DNA from: Octopus sinensis
Taxonomy: Eukaryota
Direction: 5' to 3'
Assembly: GCF_006345805.1 (NCBI RefSeq)
Contig: NC_043008.1
Location: 76,880,001-76,944,000, forward strand
Length of the DNA stretch: 64,000 nucleotides
The position numbers and the translations under genes were made by a program. Of the stretch, positions 38,110 through 52,917 are shown piece by piece (position 1 is the stretch's first letter; each line of letters begins with the position of its first letter). Below the pieces are notes generated by a model, which saw only the letters and a list, made by a program, of their open reading frames with translations, was not told where the DNA came from and did no database searches.

Positions 38110-38360
38110 CCAGATGATCCGATCATGAAATTAACGTGTAAGTGGCTGAGTACTCCACGGACACGCGCACCCTAAGCGTGACACCCAGGGAGATTCAGCG
38201 TGACGTAGAATGTGTCCTTAGAATTATAGGTATTACTAATTTTTTTTTGCCAGCTGAGTGGACTGGAACAACGTGAAATAAAGTGCCTTGGTCAAGGACA
38301 CAGCGCGCCACCGGCAATCGAACTCATGATCGTAATCACAATCGTCGAATACCCTAATCA
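38110..38360 (-). mobile_element. SINE family B
   Basis: Reverse complement has GAAGGCGCATGGCTCAGTGATTAGG...GAGTTCGATTGCC...TGTGTCCTTGACCAAGGCACTT. Confidence 0.75.
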
Positions 38361-38642
38361 CTGAGCCATGCGCCTTCACTCTTTGATATATATATTGTGT
38401 GTATGTATGTATGTATGTATGTATGCATTCATGCGTGTGTGTGTGTGCGTGTGTGTGTGAGTGTGTGTGTGTGTGTGTGTGTGTATTGCCTAACCGATCA
38501 AACGTAACGAGAATATCTGAGTATCGACTGAATGATTCATCAATTTTGAACGAATATAAATAATAAAGGCATAATTCGTATTCTGGAACCCCAGCTTACG
38601 GCAAATGTTTATGAACTCAACGCTTCTGTAATGCGTGGTTGC

Positions 38643-38685
<43 letters not shown>

Positions 38686-39549
38686 AACGTGTGTGTGTGT
38701 GGTGTGCATGTGTATATATGTGTATCTTTGCATGTGTATACGTATATATCCACACGTAGTGTTGATTATATTTATAATCATTTTATTTACAGTCAGTAAC
38801 ATCAAGCATGCATATATGTGTGTATATCTGTGTGTACGTATCTGTTTGTGTGTTGGCGGTGAGTGCGTGGGCGTGTGTGTATGTATGTGTGCGCATACAT
38901 ATGTATGCATACATACATACATACATATGCATGCGCGTATGCGCGCAAATGGGTGCTCAATACCTGTTGATGTATTGTAAACTGGGAGTTAAAATATAGG
39001 TGAGACGGCATTCACTTGCTGATTATGATAAAACTCAACGGTACATGTGCATACGGCGCACATCACTGCCTCTTTACGTTGCTGCATTCGTGTGCATATA
39101 TTTTGGTGCAGTTTGCACGGACGCTTGCACCTCCCCATGCATGCCACTTTCCTGTCTGTTTAAATCGCTGATCGACCAAACACTGTAGTATAATGTCGAC
39201 TGCAACTGCAGGGACACACACACGCACGCGCACACACACAGATATATACACACACATGCATCACCCGTATAGAAAGACACTAACACAGACACTCCTTGAC
39301 ACATAAAGATAGACACAAAGACGTAGACACATTCACACATACATACACACACATACACATATATTTTAAATACATGCATAATATACATACACGTATGAAT
39401 GTATGTATATAATATACATATATACATATACATATACATGCTCATACACATGACACATATACGCAGACACTCACATACACCCATACATTATACAGACGCG
39501 CATATACACACAGACACACGCACACAGACAGACACTGACACACACACAC

Positions 39550-39590
<41 letters not shown>

Positions 39591-39926
39591 ACATAGCAGA
39601 CAAGTTCGAAATCCTTCCTGTATAAAACAGTGGAGATGGTAATGGTGAGAGGTAAAGATGTGTTGGATCACACACATGTATTTACTACTGTCTTCTTCTT
39701 CTTCCTCCTCCTCAAATCGTCTACTCACCTTTCCTCTTCCCACTCCTTTACCTTCACATCTAGGTGCAGCAACAGCAACTCCATAATCACCTGCAGCAGA
39801 CATGGCATTACTGCTGTAGGCACATGGCACTTTCTCTCCCCCCCTCTCTCTCTCTATATATATATACACATGTAAATTTCATTCCCTCTCTTTCTATCAT
39901 TATTTATACATATACACACACACTCA

Positions 39927-40258
39927 TATGTATGTATGTATGCAAGTATGTATGTATGTATGTATGTATGTATGTATGCAAGTATGTATGTATGTATGTG
40001 TGTGTATGTATGTATGTATGTATGTATGCATGTATGTATGTATGTATGTGTGTATGTATGTATGTATGTATGTATGCAAGTATGTATGTATGTGTGTGTA
40101 TGTATTGTGTAGTATGTGTATGTATGTATGTATGTATGTGTGTATGTATGTATGCATGTATGTATGTATGCATGTATGTATGTATGTATGTATGTATGTA
40201 TGTATGTATGTATGTATGTATGTATGTATGTATGTATGTATGTGTGTATGTATGTATG
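39927..40258. repeat. ~330-bp compound (TATG)n array
   Basis: Direct reading; the source of the MYVC/HTYI pseudo-ORFs. Confidence 0.97.
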
Positions 40259-40426
40259 GAGGGATGGAGGGATGGATGAAGGATGGATGGATGTAAACAA
40301 CCACACTTATTTTAAATTCGAGGCAAAATATAAATATTTCAGAGTTGTACTTCTTCAGAAAGTGACTTCAGCTGCGATGGTTGATGTTGGTGTTGCTACT
40401 ATAACAGAAACGCGCTCGCACGCACG

Positions 40427-40465
<39 letters not shown>

Positions 40466-40474
40466 GCACGCACA

Positions 40475-40535
<61 letters not shown>

Positions 40536-41305
40536 AACTCTCACATACACACACACACACACTCTCACATACACACACACACAACTCGCAAACACACGTA
40601 TACATATGCACACAAGCACTCACTCACACACACACACGCATACCGTTACGCAATTAATTTACATTGCTATATTTTCAGATAATATTATTATAAGTCTATG
40701 AAATCATTTCGTCTAAGACCAGGTCACTGACACTATTACACCATTAACTCAAGACATTATCTGTTATTGCTGTGGCTCCTCTTCCATTAGTACCTGTGAT
40801 ATCTTGAAGATCAATCTAGTTGACTAAAATACACAACCTATTTCTCCCTCCACTCCCAATGTTGTGTTGTGTGTGTAAATAAGGAATCAATAAGTAAGTT
40901 TATGCTTGCTGATCTGTTAGTTTTTTTAGTCTATGTACCAAAACTGCGATAAGGTTTCAATTCTTGGTTGAATCTGTACATCATGTACACCTCTGATAAC
41001 TTTAGGAAAGGCATAGACATCACTGCTTACCACATTCTTAATCTTTTTTTTTTTCGTCATGCAAAATGTATTCAGTAACGTTGATAAGTCCTCGCATCTG
41101 AGATCAAATTCGGCTTACATTGAAACTTACTTTACATTCCTTTGGGATCGAGGCACTAATTAATCACCAGTGTTAGAAAAGAGACCATTGAACACTAAGA
41201 AACACATGCATTTATATGTATACATACATAAACACATTCATATATAGTTGTACTCACACACTACACAAGATACGTTCATTATGTACATATAATATGTATC
41301 AGTAT

Positions 41306-41357
<52 letters not shown>

Positions 41358-41522
41358 CATACATACATACATACATACATACATACATACATACATACAT
41401 ACATCATACATACATACATACATACATACATACATACTCATACATACATACATACATACACATAAACATATATATGTGTGTGTGTGTATGTATATGTATG
41501 TGTATATATATATATATATATA

Positions 41523-41839
41523 ACAGATGGATAAAATGCTAACTCACTACACCTGTTTCCGACGAATTTTTGATTGATTTACATCATTAGGTGAATACAT
41601 GAACCAGAACATTCAAAAACATTCAAAACCAGCGCTATGTACACCTTAATGATTCCATGACCTTCGCTGGTCGTAGAATCATGAAGATGCACATACCGCT
41701 GGCTTTTCAATGATTTTGAATGTTGTGATTCATGTATTCACCTGAAGAAAACGGTTTTTCCTAATGATGTAATGTCTCTATTAATCAATCAAAAATTTTG
41801 GGGAAACAGCTGTAGTGAATTAATTTATACATCATCTGT
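41523..41839. repeat. Imperfect ~317-bp fold-back with degenerate hammerheads in both arms
   Basis: Right arm ATTCAC-CTGAAGA (41742-48)...GAAA (41803-06)-CAGCTG-TA-GTGAAT; left arm on the minus strand ATTCAC-CTAATGA...GAAA-CAGGTG-TA-GTGAGT. Confidence 0.85.
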
Positions 41840-42179
41840 CTGTTGTTACTTATTCATTTATTATTCACCTTTCTCGGAACGTGTTCTTTGAGTAGATCCA
41901 AAGTATATTATGGACCGTACATTTATTACAATGTGCGTTTCTTGTTTAGCCTCAGAGCTATTGATATACTCAGTTGGTTACAGTTAATCGTATACATAAC
42001 CTGAATATATTTTTACGTGTACTTGGGTACCCGCATATATATTCCTCTATTTTTGTTGTGTTCACATTTTACTTTTCGACCCGTCCAGCTGCCTTCCATT
42101 TACGTACCTGATTCACCTGAATCTTGATATATTATATTATATATATATATAAATTAATAAATAAAACATATGCATATAT

Positions 42180-42440
42180 ACATATATGTACGTACCTACC
42201 TCTACATGTATATATACATGCATATATGGGTACAGGACACCAAAAAAAAAAACGTCGAACACAATGAGAAACGAAAACAATAACACAAAACCAAGGAACT
42301 GGACATTTTTCTTAAACAACGAAAAAATAGAGTACAGGACAAATAACACAAGGAAAATTCTCCTTCTTCAGTCACCATGGTTTCATCTACTCTGCGTTTC
42401 GAAGATGAAGGCGATACGCATCTTCGATAGGAATTTTCCT
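42180..42440 (-). mobile_element. Dispersed repeat, also at ~47470-47720; probable PLE terminal region
   Basis: Shared GTACGTACCTACCTCTACATGTA...CAGGACACCAAAA...CTTCTTCAGTC...GGTTTCATCTACT...CGTTTCGAAG. Confidence 0.6.
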
Positions 42441-42450
42441 TATATATATA

Positions 42451-42491
<41 letters not shown>

Positions 42492-42499
42492 CACATACA

Positions 42500-42581
<82 letters not shown>

Positions 42582-42618
42582 TAATATATATATATAATAT
42601 ATACACACACACACACAC

Positions 42619-42673
<55 letters not shown>

Positions 42674-43617
42674 TATATGTAATAGAAATATTAAAATAAC
42701 TATGTATGCGTGTAAATGTATGTATGTATGTGCTTCTAAGGGCTCACTGATCTCTACTCTAACACTGGTATGTATATATATATACTTCTCAACATACTGA
42801 TTAAGTACTCAGACTAAGGACATAATAATCACTTATGACGAGTGAACTGAGTCCCTCACGTTTGTTCTGGCCACAAATCCAATATAGGTCGTCCTTAAGA
42901 CGTGAACACTCTCAGTAATGCCCAGGGCCCGAAGGAACGGGTCTAGGGATCTACAGCAATTCTAATGATGCGGTGTCTTGTTGTCAAATAATAATACTGA
43001 AGGCCATCAGAACATATTTTTGTCCGGTAGGTGAGGCTATAATGATATTAAAACGGCCTTGAACAATAGTCAGTGTAATAGGACTGAAGCCTTTTGTTTA
43101 CCGTCGGGTATAATATCTATTCATACGTCACCCTTTCCTGTCTATCCCTTTTAAATATACACCCATGAACCACAGCAACTATGCACAACATAAACAAGCT
43201 TGCAGCAATATTTGACACGTGAAAATAGAACAGCTGAGATTCAGAAGACAACGTGACAGACTCGCCATTCTAGACTCGAAGAAACTACATTGTAACTGCC
43301 CACGCATCATTATATATTAACAATTTTAGAAAACTACTTCCTCTCTTTCACTCGTTCTAACTACCACCCTTCCTCTTCCTATTCTTTAATTCTCTTTATC
43401 TCTCTCTCTCCCATTTCTTTCTCTATATCTCTCTATCTATCTACCTGCCTATCTACCTACCTACCTACCTACCTACCTACCTACCTACCTACATACATAC
43501 ATACCTACATACCTACCTACCTACCTACCTACATACATACATACATACATACCTACACACACACACACACGCACACACACACACATATCCACACATTTAT
43601 ATATGCAAACACGCACA

Positions 43618-43648
<31 letters not shown>

Positions 43649-43755
43649 TGTATGTATGTATGTATGTTTCTCACCCTCTTACTGCGAATCTGCCTTCAGA
43701 AATATACGTATATGTCTGCATGAATATGTACACACAAACATACAGGCATACACAC

Positions 43756-43788
<33 letters not shown>

Positions 43789-44015
43789 ATCTATATACAC
43801 CCACACAGACTCAGCTATGTATGTTTATGATGGCAGTCAGACAGTGACAGAAAACCGGTGAGAAACTGTTTCAGCTGCCACCAAATGTCAGGTGAAAAGA
43901 TTTGGAAATATTGTAAATTATTGGAATAGTGGTATATTGGATTAATGGTATATTGGTATACTGGAATATTGCAATATCAATGAAAAACTAAAATTACACT
44001 AGGACCATAGGGAAC

Positions 44016-44095
<80 letters not shown>

Positions 44096-44237
44096 ACTCG
44101 CTGGTCTAAACCAATTCTGACCGAAACTTATCTGTTAATAATCTACGAGTCTGTTTGCCCCTTTCTTTTGTCTCTGTTTGTTTGTGTGTGTGTATGTGTG
44201 TATGTGTTTCTTTCTCTCTCTCCTCTCTCTCTCTCTT

Positions 44238-44270
<33 letters not shown>

Positions 44271-44285
44271 CTATCTCTCTATCTA

Positions 44286-44362
<77 letters not shown>

Positions 44363-45074
44363 TTATCTATTTATCTAGTCTATCTATGGATCTCTGCAAC
44401 TGTTCAATTATATCCAGCTTGACAAGGAGGATGGTTTTCGTTAGACACCCTGCAGAACGAAAAACGAAACCTATCAAAAGGTGGATCTGTTTAGACGTAT
44501 CTCCATGAGAGGGAAAACTCTTACGTAACTTAGTTTGCTTTCAATGAAGTAGACCTGTTCTTTTGCGCAAATATATATCATATTTAGAGAGTAGTATTGG
44601 CCGTGTGCAAGCATTTCCTTCGATTTAAGAATCTTCAGGCGCAGGCATCGCTTTGTATTTAACATCTCTGTTATGTGCTACGTACTATGGCTGGCCTTGC
44701 TGAAAAAAGCAAAACACCCAATGAAAACTTTTATGATGGTATGCAGTATTTGTCGAAGTGGGTGGTAATGTCTTTGAACATTTAGTACAAGAGGCACCCA
44801 TTGTTGCCACATCTGTATAAAACAATGCAAGTTCCTGGCAGAACTGAAAAGCCACATCCGAGCTATTCATGTATATGAGAACAACCAAGCAACTGATGGC
44901 ATTGCTCGAAATTGAGGTGCAGGCATCATTTGTATATATTATGATATAGTACTTTATAAATATAAAAACGCTTCCCAACCACATAGCTCCGGGTTCAGCG
45001 TGGCACCTGGGGCAAGTGTCGTCTGCTACAGTCGACAAAGCCTTGTGAGTGGATTTGGTATGTATATATATATA

Positions 45075-45211
<137 letters not shown>

Positions 45212-45480
45212 CAGATGTTCATATGCTTGTGTAAGTGTATATGTGTAGTCTTGTGAATATGTATATAAAGTGTATGATATATTTATATATCAATGCAAAC
45301 GTATCTCAACATTTGTACATATGTATGTATGCAAATATTTGCATCTCTCTCCTTATGAGTATATAAGTGCTTATGTTTGTGCGCGTGCATATATAAGTAT
45401 GTGTTGATATCGGTGGTACTTATGCTTGTATGAGTGTACACAAGTACATGCGCGTACCTACAAACAGATGTATTTATATA

Positions 45481-46751
45481 TCAGGTCATCCCATAAGTTC
45501 TGTCCGAATTTTGAATAAAGAAAACAAGTGATCAAATGTTATATTTAATTGAAATTTAGTCATTAGTGTACTTTCCCTGATTATCTATGACTTCCTTCCA
45601 TCTCTACAAGCTTTTTAATCCCATCAATGTAAAACTCTTTTGCTTTCGAAGCAAAGAACTCCTCCTGAGGCTTGCGAAAGTTATGTCCACCAAATGATTC
45701 TGTAAACTACGAAACAAATGGTAGTCTGAAGGAGCAAGGTCGGGAGAATAGGGTGGATGAGGAATTTTTTCCCAACCAAGCTCTTCGATCTTCTGTGATG
45801 TGATCTTTGCCGCGTGGGGTCGCGCATTCTCCTAATGAAACATCACTCCTTTTCGATTCACTAAAGTAGGTCTTTTTTTTTTACTTCAGAGCTTGGTTCA
45901 AACGCTCTAATTACTGACAGTAGACTTGAGCATTGATTGTTGCATTAGGTGGTAACAATTCAAAGTGAATTACTCCTTTGCAATCCCACCAGATAGAAAG
46001 AAGAACCTTTTTCCCTTGAAGTTCCCTTCTCGATTGTTGTTGAGCTTTTTCCCTTTTACCAAGCACTGTTTACGACGTTTAATATTTCGATAGAAGATTC
46101 ATTTTCCGTCACCAGTCACAAGTCTATCCAAAAAGGGTGAAATGAATTCGCGAGAATGGAGAGAAGAGCAGATGTCAAATTGGAATTTGCGATTGCTTTC
46201 GGACAATTCATGAGGCACCCATTTTCGAAGTTCAGGAACCTTTCCAAGTTGTTGAAAATGACGATGAGCAGTTGTATGGTTTGAACTAAGCTTTATTGCC
46301 AATTCTTCAAATGATAATGCAGGATTTTCTTCAAGTAATGCCTCAAGGAGCTTATCATCAAACTCAACTGGACGTCCTGTTCGATCTTCATCTTCAAGGC
46401 TGAAATCTCCACTTCTGAATTTTGCAAACCATCTTCTGCAAATTTTTTCATTCAAGTATTCTTTCCCATAAACTGAGAGTATGTTTCGAGTCGCTTTGGC
46501 TGCAGAGTTTCGTTTTTTGTATTCATAAAGCAATATGTGCCTCAAATGCTCTTTGGATACTTCCATGTTAGAAAGGGTTTTCATCAAAGAAATTTCAATT
46601 CTATTATTCTGTAAAATAATATTTAATTCGTTTAAATGTACACAAATGCAAAAAAATAATTTTTAATTCCATTTAGACATTCTAAAATACTATTAAATTT
46701 CATTCAATTTTAAAAAAGGTAAAATCGGACAGAACTTATGGGATGACCTGA
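45481..46751 (-). mobile_element. Full-length mariner (DD34D) transposon with disrupted transposase
   Basis: TIRs TCAGGTCATCCCATAAGTTCTGTCCGA at both ends, flanking TA; N-terminal ORF 46099-46587 with HTH, GRP, WVPHEL and LVTGDGK; the C-terminal half has stops or frameshifts. Confidence 0.95.
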
Positions 46752-47189
46752 TATAAAATATTAATTATTATATTATATATATATATATAATATATATATA
46801 TATATATACATACATGCGTCTGTTTGTATTATATGTGGTGTGTGTGCGTGTGTGTATGTGTGTATTCATATCGTTGTTATGCGAACGAATCGTAAGTCCA
46901 AAACGTTGCTTTTTCATTAATCGAAAAAATAGTTTCGTCTATTCCATTCCATTTTACTTTAGCAACTGTTTCGGCTTAATAATAATACTTTGTTGGGTGC
47001 ATATAATCGTAACTCCATGCATATATGATATTTTCAGGCAGAAATACTTTTGCAAAACTGTCGTATGTGAGGATTACTACACTTTTCAAAAATGTTAAAC
47101 CGCTGTACTAGACTTTGACCATTTTCATCTGAAGCAGCTGGAAATACGATAGTTTGACCAAAAGAATCGGCTATTGCAAGCAAAATTAA

Positions 47190-47325
47190 ATATTATTTTC
47201 TACACTAGGCACAAGAACCGATATTTTTGGGGAGGAAGCCAGTCGATTAGATCGACCCCAGTACACAACTAGTACTTAATTTATCGACTCCGAAAGGATG
47301 AAAGACAAAGTCAACCTCGACGGAA
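47190..47325 (-). mobile_element. SINE family A, 3' part
   Basis: Core CGACCCCAGTAC...TTAATTTATCGACTCCGAAAGGATGAAAG. Confidence 0.8.
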
Positions 47326-47401
47326 TAGCAATATTGAATATTGAAAAAAAAATCGCATTTAACCAAATTTGGATATACGACAGGTTGACATAGTAGTAGC
47401 A

Positions 47402-47441
<40 letters not shown>

Positions 47442-48243
47442 GTTAATAAAATAGAACATATGCAATATATAAACATATATGTACGTACCTACCTCTACAT
47501 GTACATATACACGCATATATGTGTACAGGACACCAAAAAGACGTCGAACACATAGAGAGACGAAACACATAGACACAAACCAAGGAACAAGACAAGCAAA
47601 AAAAGAGAGATACAGGACAATAAGCACAACGAAAAATCCCCTTCTTCAGTCGCTAAGGTTTCATCTACTAAACGTTTCGAAGGATAAAAGCGAGACGTAT
47701 ACTTCGAAGAAAACTTCCTTCCCGCGAAAAGCAAATCAATTAAAATTCTGAGATCTTTTCGCAGAGGGGTAAAAAAAAGCAAGACAGTAACGACAGTACA
47801 AACATATAAACAGTAAAAAATATATATATAAACAGTGGAAAAAAAATAAATATAACAGTGAGAGACAGGACAAAGAGAACAAGATAAGAAGGGCTGTTAA
47901 CGCCAGACGAAAAAGTATTGCAAACGCTGGATTATCGTGGACGACGAGAGAGAGAAAATGTGTCGACCAGTAGCCTTACAAGGCGGGCGAGAAAAGACAG
48001 GATAGCAGTTACGACGGAAGTATCGTCGCAGATGGACGACGGGAATGGGGGAGGAGGAGCAAGAGGAAGAGAGAGAAGAAGGGGAATGGTGCGAGGAGAC
48101 CATGAAGAATGGTGAAAGGGAGAGAGAGAATGAAGAATGAGAGAGAGAGGAAGAGACAAGTTAAGTGAGGGAAAAAAAGACGAAAAAGGGAATGGGAGAG
48201 AAAGAAAGAAAGATGCAGAGTCGCGTGATATATATATATGTAC

Positions 48244-48355
<112 letters not shown>

Positions 48356-48374
48356 TATACATATACATATATAT

Positions 48375-48870
48375 GCGTGGCAACCGATACTGGTGTGTTT
48401 ACGTTCCTGTAAATTAGCAGTTCGGCAAAAGAGACCAATAGAATAAGTACTACGCTTACAAAGAATAAGTACTGCGGTTGATTTGCTCGACTAAAGGCGG
48501 TACTCCAGCATAGCCGCAGTCAAATGACTGAAATAACTAAAAGAATATATATATATATATACACACACAATCTTTTATCGTTTACTGGTTTCAGTCTTTA
48601 AACTGCGGCCATGCCGGGGCACTGCCTTGAAGAAATATTAGTCCAATGAATCGACCCCATACTTAATTTTCTTAATTTAATAAGCCTGGTACTTATTCTA
48701 TCGGTCTCTTTTGCCGAACCGATAAGGTATCAAGTGGTGGTGGGGGAAAAGCGCGCACACACGCATACACACACAGACACACAAACACACACATATGACG
48801 GGCTTCTTCGGGTTTCCGTATACCAAATCCTCTCATAAGGATTTGGTATGGCCGAGGCTATAGTAGAAGA
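48375..48870. mobile_element. Two SINE family C fragments, tail to tail (+ ~48375-48545, - ~48580-48870)
   Basis: Homology to 23636-24056. Confidence 0.8.
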
Positions 48871-49524
48871 TACTTACCTACACATACATGCGTGTGACTC
48901 TATGTGCGTGTGGGTGCTTGTGTGTATGTGTGCGCGCGCACCCCTCGTACATTTCTATGTTTAATGTATTCAAATGTATGTACTTGTATGTGTATGCAAG
49001 GGTATATTTTTAAGTATGAGTGTATTGGTAGCGCATGTTTGTAAATCTGCATGTCTGTGCATATGTATGTATGTATATATGCATGTGATTAATCAGTCTA
49101 AATGTATGTGTTTATGGCCAAGAATTTAGGTAATATGCATGCGTATATGTTTTAGTCTACACGTGTATGAACTTAAGTGTATTTTTGCAAATATTTATCA
49201 TATATGTCTGTTTGTGTATGTCTACATAGGTATATGTGTGTTTGTATGTTTCCATATGTATATATGTGTCCATGTTTGCGTATGTCTGCATATGTGTATA
49301 GACGTATATGCGTGTGGATGCCTGTGTGTGTCTCTGTGTATGTCTGTATATGTGTGTCCGTATGGATATTTGTATGTTTGCGCATTGTGCGTGTCCTTGT
49401 GTATGTTCGTGCGTGTGTGTATGAGTGTGTGTGAGTGTGTGTGAGTGTGTGAGTGTGTGTGAGTGTGTGGGTATGTGCGTGTGCGTGTGTGCATGTGTGC
49501 GTGTATATGTGTGTGTGTGTGTTT

Positions 49525-49571
<47 letters not shown>

Positions 49572-50940
49572 GTGTGTGAAGCAAACGAAAAAGCAGGGGG
49601 GAAGGAATGCGTCAACATTGGAAAGTCAACAACGTCATTAGAAGACATAAATAGCAGCAGACATATCTTGAACACAAAATAAAACGAATGGAGCCAAACA
49701 TTTGTCTTAAATCTGCTCCAAGGACATTTCAACTGTGGATACCAGAGCAGAGAGAAGAACTGGCAAAGTTTACTGTACTAATATTAGCCAATCTGCTTAT
49801 ATAGCCGGCAGCCATGGACAATTTTAGCCGGAAGAATGTTCTCTTTCTGAAATAGATGGATAAAAAAGACTGAAGGCCAAAAACAAAGTCATCAGTAAAG
49901 ACAATATTGGAATATTGGTTGGGTCAACATTGATGTGAGAAAATATTTTATCCTGTCCATGTTTTCACATGCGCGCACGCGCACATACATACACACAGAC
50001 ACGCACAGATGTGCACACACAAAAACATACACACACACACACATACATACGCATGCACGCGCGCACCGATACAAATGCGCACACTGCTGCTGCTTTCATT
50101 CCGTTTTTAGTCTCTCGTATTTTTAGATTTCTCCTTGCGTTACTGGACTTTTTGTTGCTGTCGTGGTTTACTTGTATTTAACAAAGGTATTCGTTGGATG
50201 TACATTGGCCATTGCTTGTTGTTGTTGTTGTTTTTGATGGCAGTGGTGGGAAAGAAGATTCAGTAGAGAGTCGGGCAAAAATATCTGGCAGTATTTAGTT
50301 ACATTCTTTTGACTTCTATGTTCAAATCCAATCGAGGCCATCTTGACTTTCGTCTTCCCGACGATAACAAAATACGTATTATAGACATGCACACGCTTCC
50401 ACACATGCTCACATATACACATACAAGCACATACGCTCAAGCATATTTACACTCCCACAAACACACACACTATATATAAAAACGTGTGTATATATGTGAG
50501 TATGTGTGTGTGTGTGTGTGTGGTAGGCCATCCATCGATCTCGAAAGATCACACGCGCACACACACATTCAGACCCGTTTACACACGCATAAGTTTGCGT
50601 TTTTGTGTTCGTTTGTGGAGAAGACGTTCCCTTTGCAACCTCTTGATCTGGAGTTCGATCCCATCCTGTAGCTCCTTGGGCAAGTCTCTTCAGTAGTACC
50701 TTATTAGCCAAATTGATTGAAGAAACTGCGCAACAGCCCATTGTTTTTATAGATGTGTGTGTGTGTGTGTTTGTGTGTGTCTGTGTCTGTGTGTGTCTGT
50801 GTGTGTGTGTCTGTGTGTGCGTGCGCGTGTGTGTGTGCGTGCGTGTGTGTGTGTGTGCGTGTGTGTAGTAGGCCATCCATCTGCGCCTGGAAAATTTTTA
50901 TATCAGCTGCTGATGGCAATGCCATATATATATTTATACA

Positions 50941-52610
50941 TATTCTTTTATTCTGTCATTCATTCGTTTCAGCTATGCAGCTACGGTCATGCTGGAGCAC
51001 CTCTGTGGTTTTGCTGATTTCCTCAAGCTGGTGGTGGTGGGTTCACATGACCACTCTTGTATGTAACTTTGTCCCAGTTGTTGGACCATTTGGTGCACAA
51101 GGGAGTTGGAATCCGCTGCCCTGGTCTCTACCTGATGTCGGGCCGTTGGTTCATCCAGTATTGTGGAAATGAAGATGTCTAGTTCGTTTTTGAAGACATG
51201 TACGTCCACATTATGTAGATTTTAAAATGTTTGTGGCAGGGTATTGAAAAGCTGTGGGCCTTTGAATCCTAGGTTAATGCAGTACCTGGTCCTGAATTTA
51301 GATGGCGTGGATGGTGCCTTTAGTACAATACAATGGTGTCCAGTTCTGGCATTTGTATAACATTCAATGCCGAAATTAGGTACTAGTCTTTCTAGAGTTT
51401 TCCATAAGAGTGGCTGTGTGGTAAGTAGCTTGCTTACCAACCATATGGTTCCGGGTTCAGTCCCACTGCGTGGTACCTTGGACAAGTGTCTTCTACTCTA
51501 GCCTCGGGCTGACCAAAGTGTTGTGAGTGGATTTGGTAGATGGAAACTAAAAGAAGCCCGTCGTATATATGTATATATATGTATGTGTGTGTATACGTTT
51601 GTGTCTCTGTGTTTGTCCCCCCAACATCGCTTGACAACCGATGCTGGTGTGTTTACGTCCCCGTAACTTAGCGGTTCGGCAAAAGGGACCGATAGAATAA
51701 GTACTAGGCTTACGAAGAATAAGTCTTGGGGTCGATTTGCTCGACTAAAGGCGGTGCTCCTGCATGGCCAGTCAAATGACTGAAATAAGTAAAAGAGTAA
51801 AGAGTATGTTGATTATTACTTATCTGTCGCACCTTCGCTCCAAGTTACAGTTTTTTCAGCCTCTGCTCGTAGCTCATCCACTGCATTGTTCCAATCATTT
51901 TAGTGTAGTGGTGTTGGACTGCTTCAAGCTCCGCTGCTAGTTTGGCACTATGAAGTGATCATAACTGAGAGCAGTAGTCCAGGCGGCTGAGAATAAAGGT
52001 CTCCACCGGGTCAACATAAATTCTTGGTCTCTTGTTTTGAAGGACCATAGTATCCACCCTGTACTTTGCTGACATCTTGGTAATGTGCATATGAAATGAT
52101 GCATCATTGCACATACTGATCCCCAAGTCTTTCACTGTCTGCCTTGCCTGCATTCAGGTTCTATATATGCAGGCTGCAGTGCATTCATGAGTTGATAGTG
52201 CAGTGCTTGAAAATGTTCAGCATTAAACTGCATATTGTTTACTTCAACCCACTTTTATATTGAATTCAGGTCCTGTGTAAGCTTGCGACGTCATCTGGAT
52301 TTTTTATTGCCTGTGATAATTTTGTATCATCGGCGTTGCTAGTGACAGTGGCTGTCCGAGTGACCGTGAGCATGTCAAAAGAGGGCTACTATGAACAGTA
52401 ATGACCCCCAGAACAGTACCCTAAGGGACACCACTTAGAATTGGCTGCTGTATTTAAGGAGGTCATGCAGCCACTCTTCCAGTTAACCAGCAATGACAAG
52501 CTCTCGCAGCTTATGACATATCAAGCCATGATCTACCTTATCAAATGCCTTTGCAAAGTCAAGATATATCACACTGACATCTGAATGGTCAAGCAGCTGT
52601 CTCAAAATAT
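50941..52610 (-). mobile_element. CR1/L2-group LINE remnant (RT and 3' end), interrupted by a SINE
   Basis: Minus-strand remnants VIYLDFAKAFDKVDH, SGVP*GTVLG, ADDTK, VKDLG, FILSRLDYCSQL, GFKGPQLFNTLP, RAADSNSL. Confidence 0.9.
51407..51805 (+). mobile_element. SINE family C inserted in the CR1/L2 LINE
   Basis: Near full-length copy. Confidence 0.9.
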
Positions 52611-52619
52611 ATCTTTTTT

Positions 52620-52830
52620 AGAAGTGTTTTTACTTGTTTCAGTCACTTGACTGCTGCCATGCTGTTACACTGCCTTGAAGCGTTTTAGTCGAACAAATCG
52701 ACCCTATGCCTTATTCTTTTTTGAAGCGTGTTATTTATTTTACTGGTCTCTTTTGCCGAACCCCTAAATATATATATATGACGGGCTTCTTTCGGTTTCC
52801 GTCTACCAAATCAAATCACAAGGCTTTGGC
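52620..52830 (-). mobile_element. SINE family C fragment
   Basis: GTTTCAGTCACTTGACTGCTGCCATGCTG...GACGGGCTTCTTTCGGTTTCCGTCTACCAAATC. Confidence 0.75.
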
Positions 52831-52848
52831 CTCAATTGTGTGTTTATA

Positions 52849-52917
<69 letters not shown>

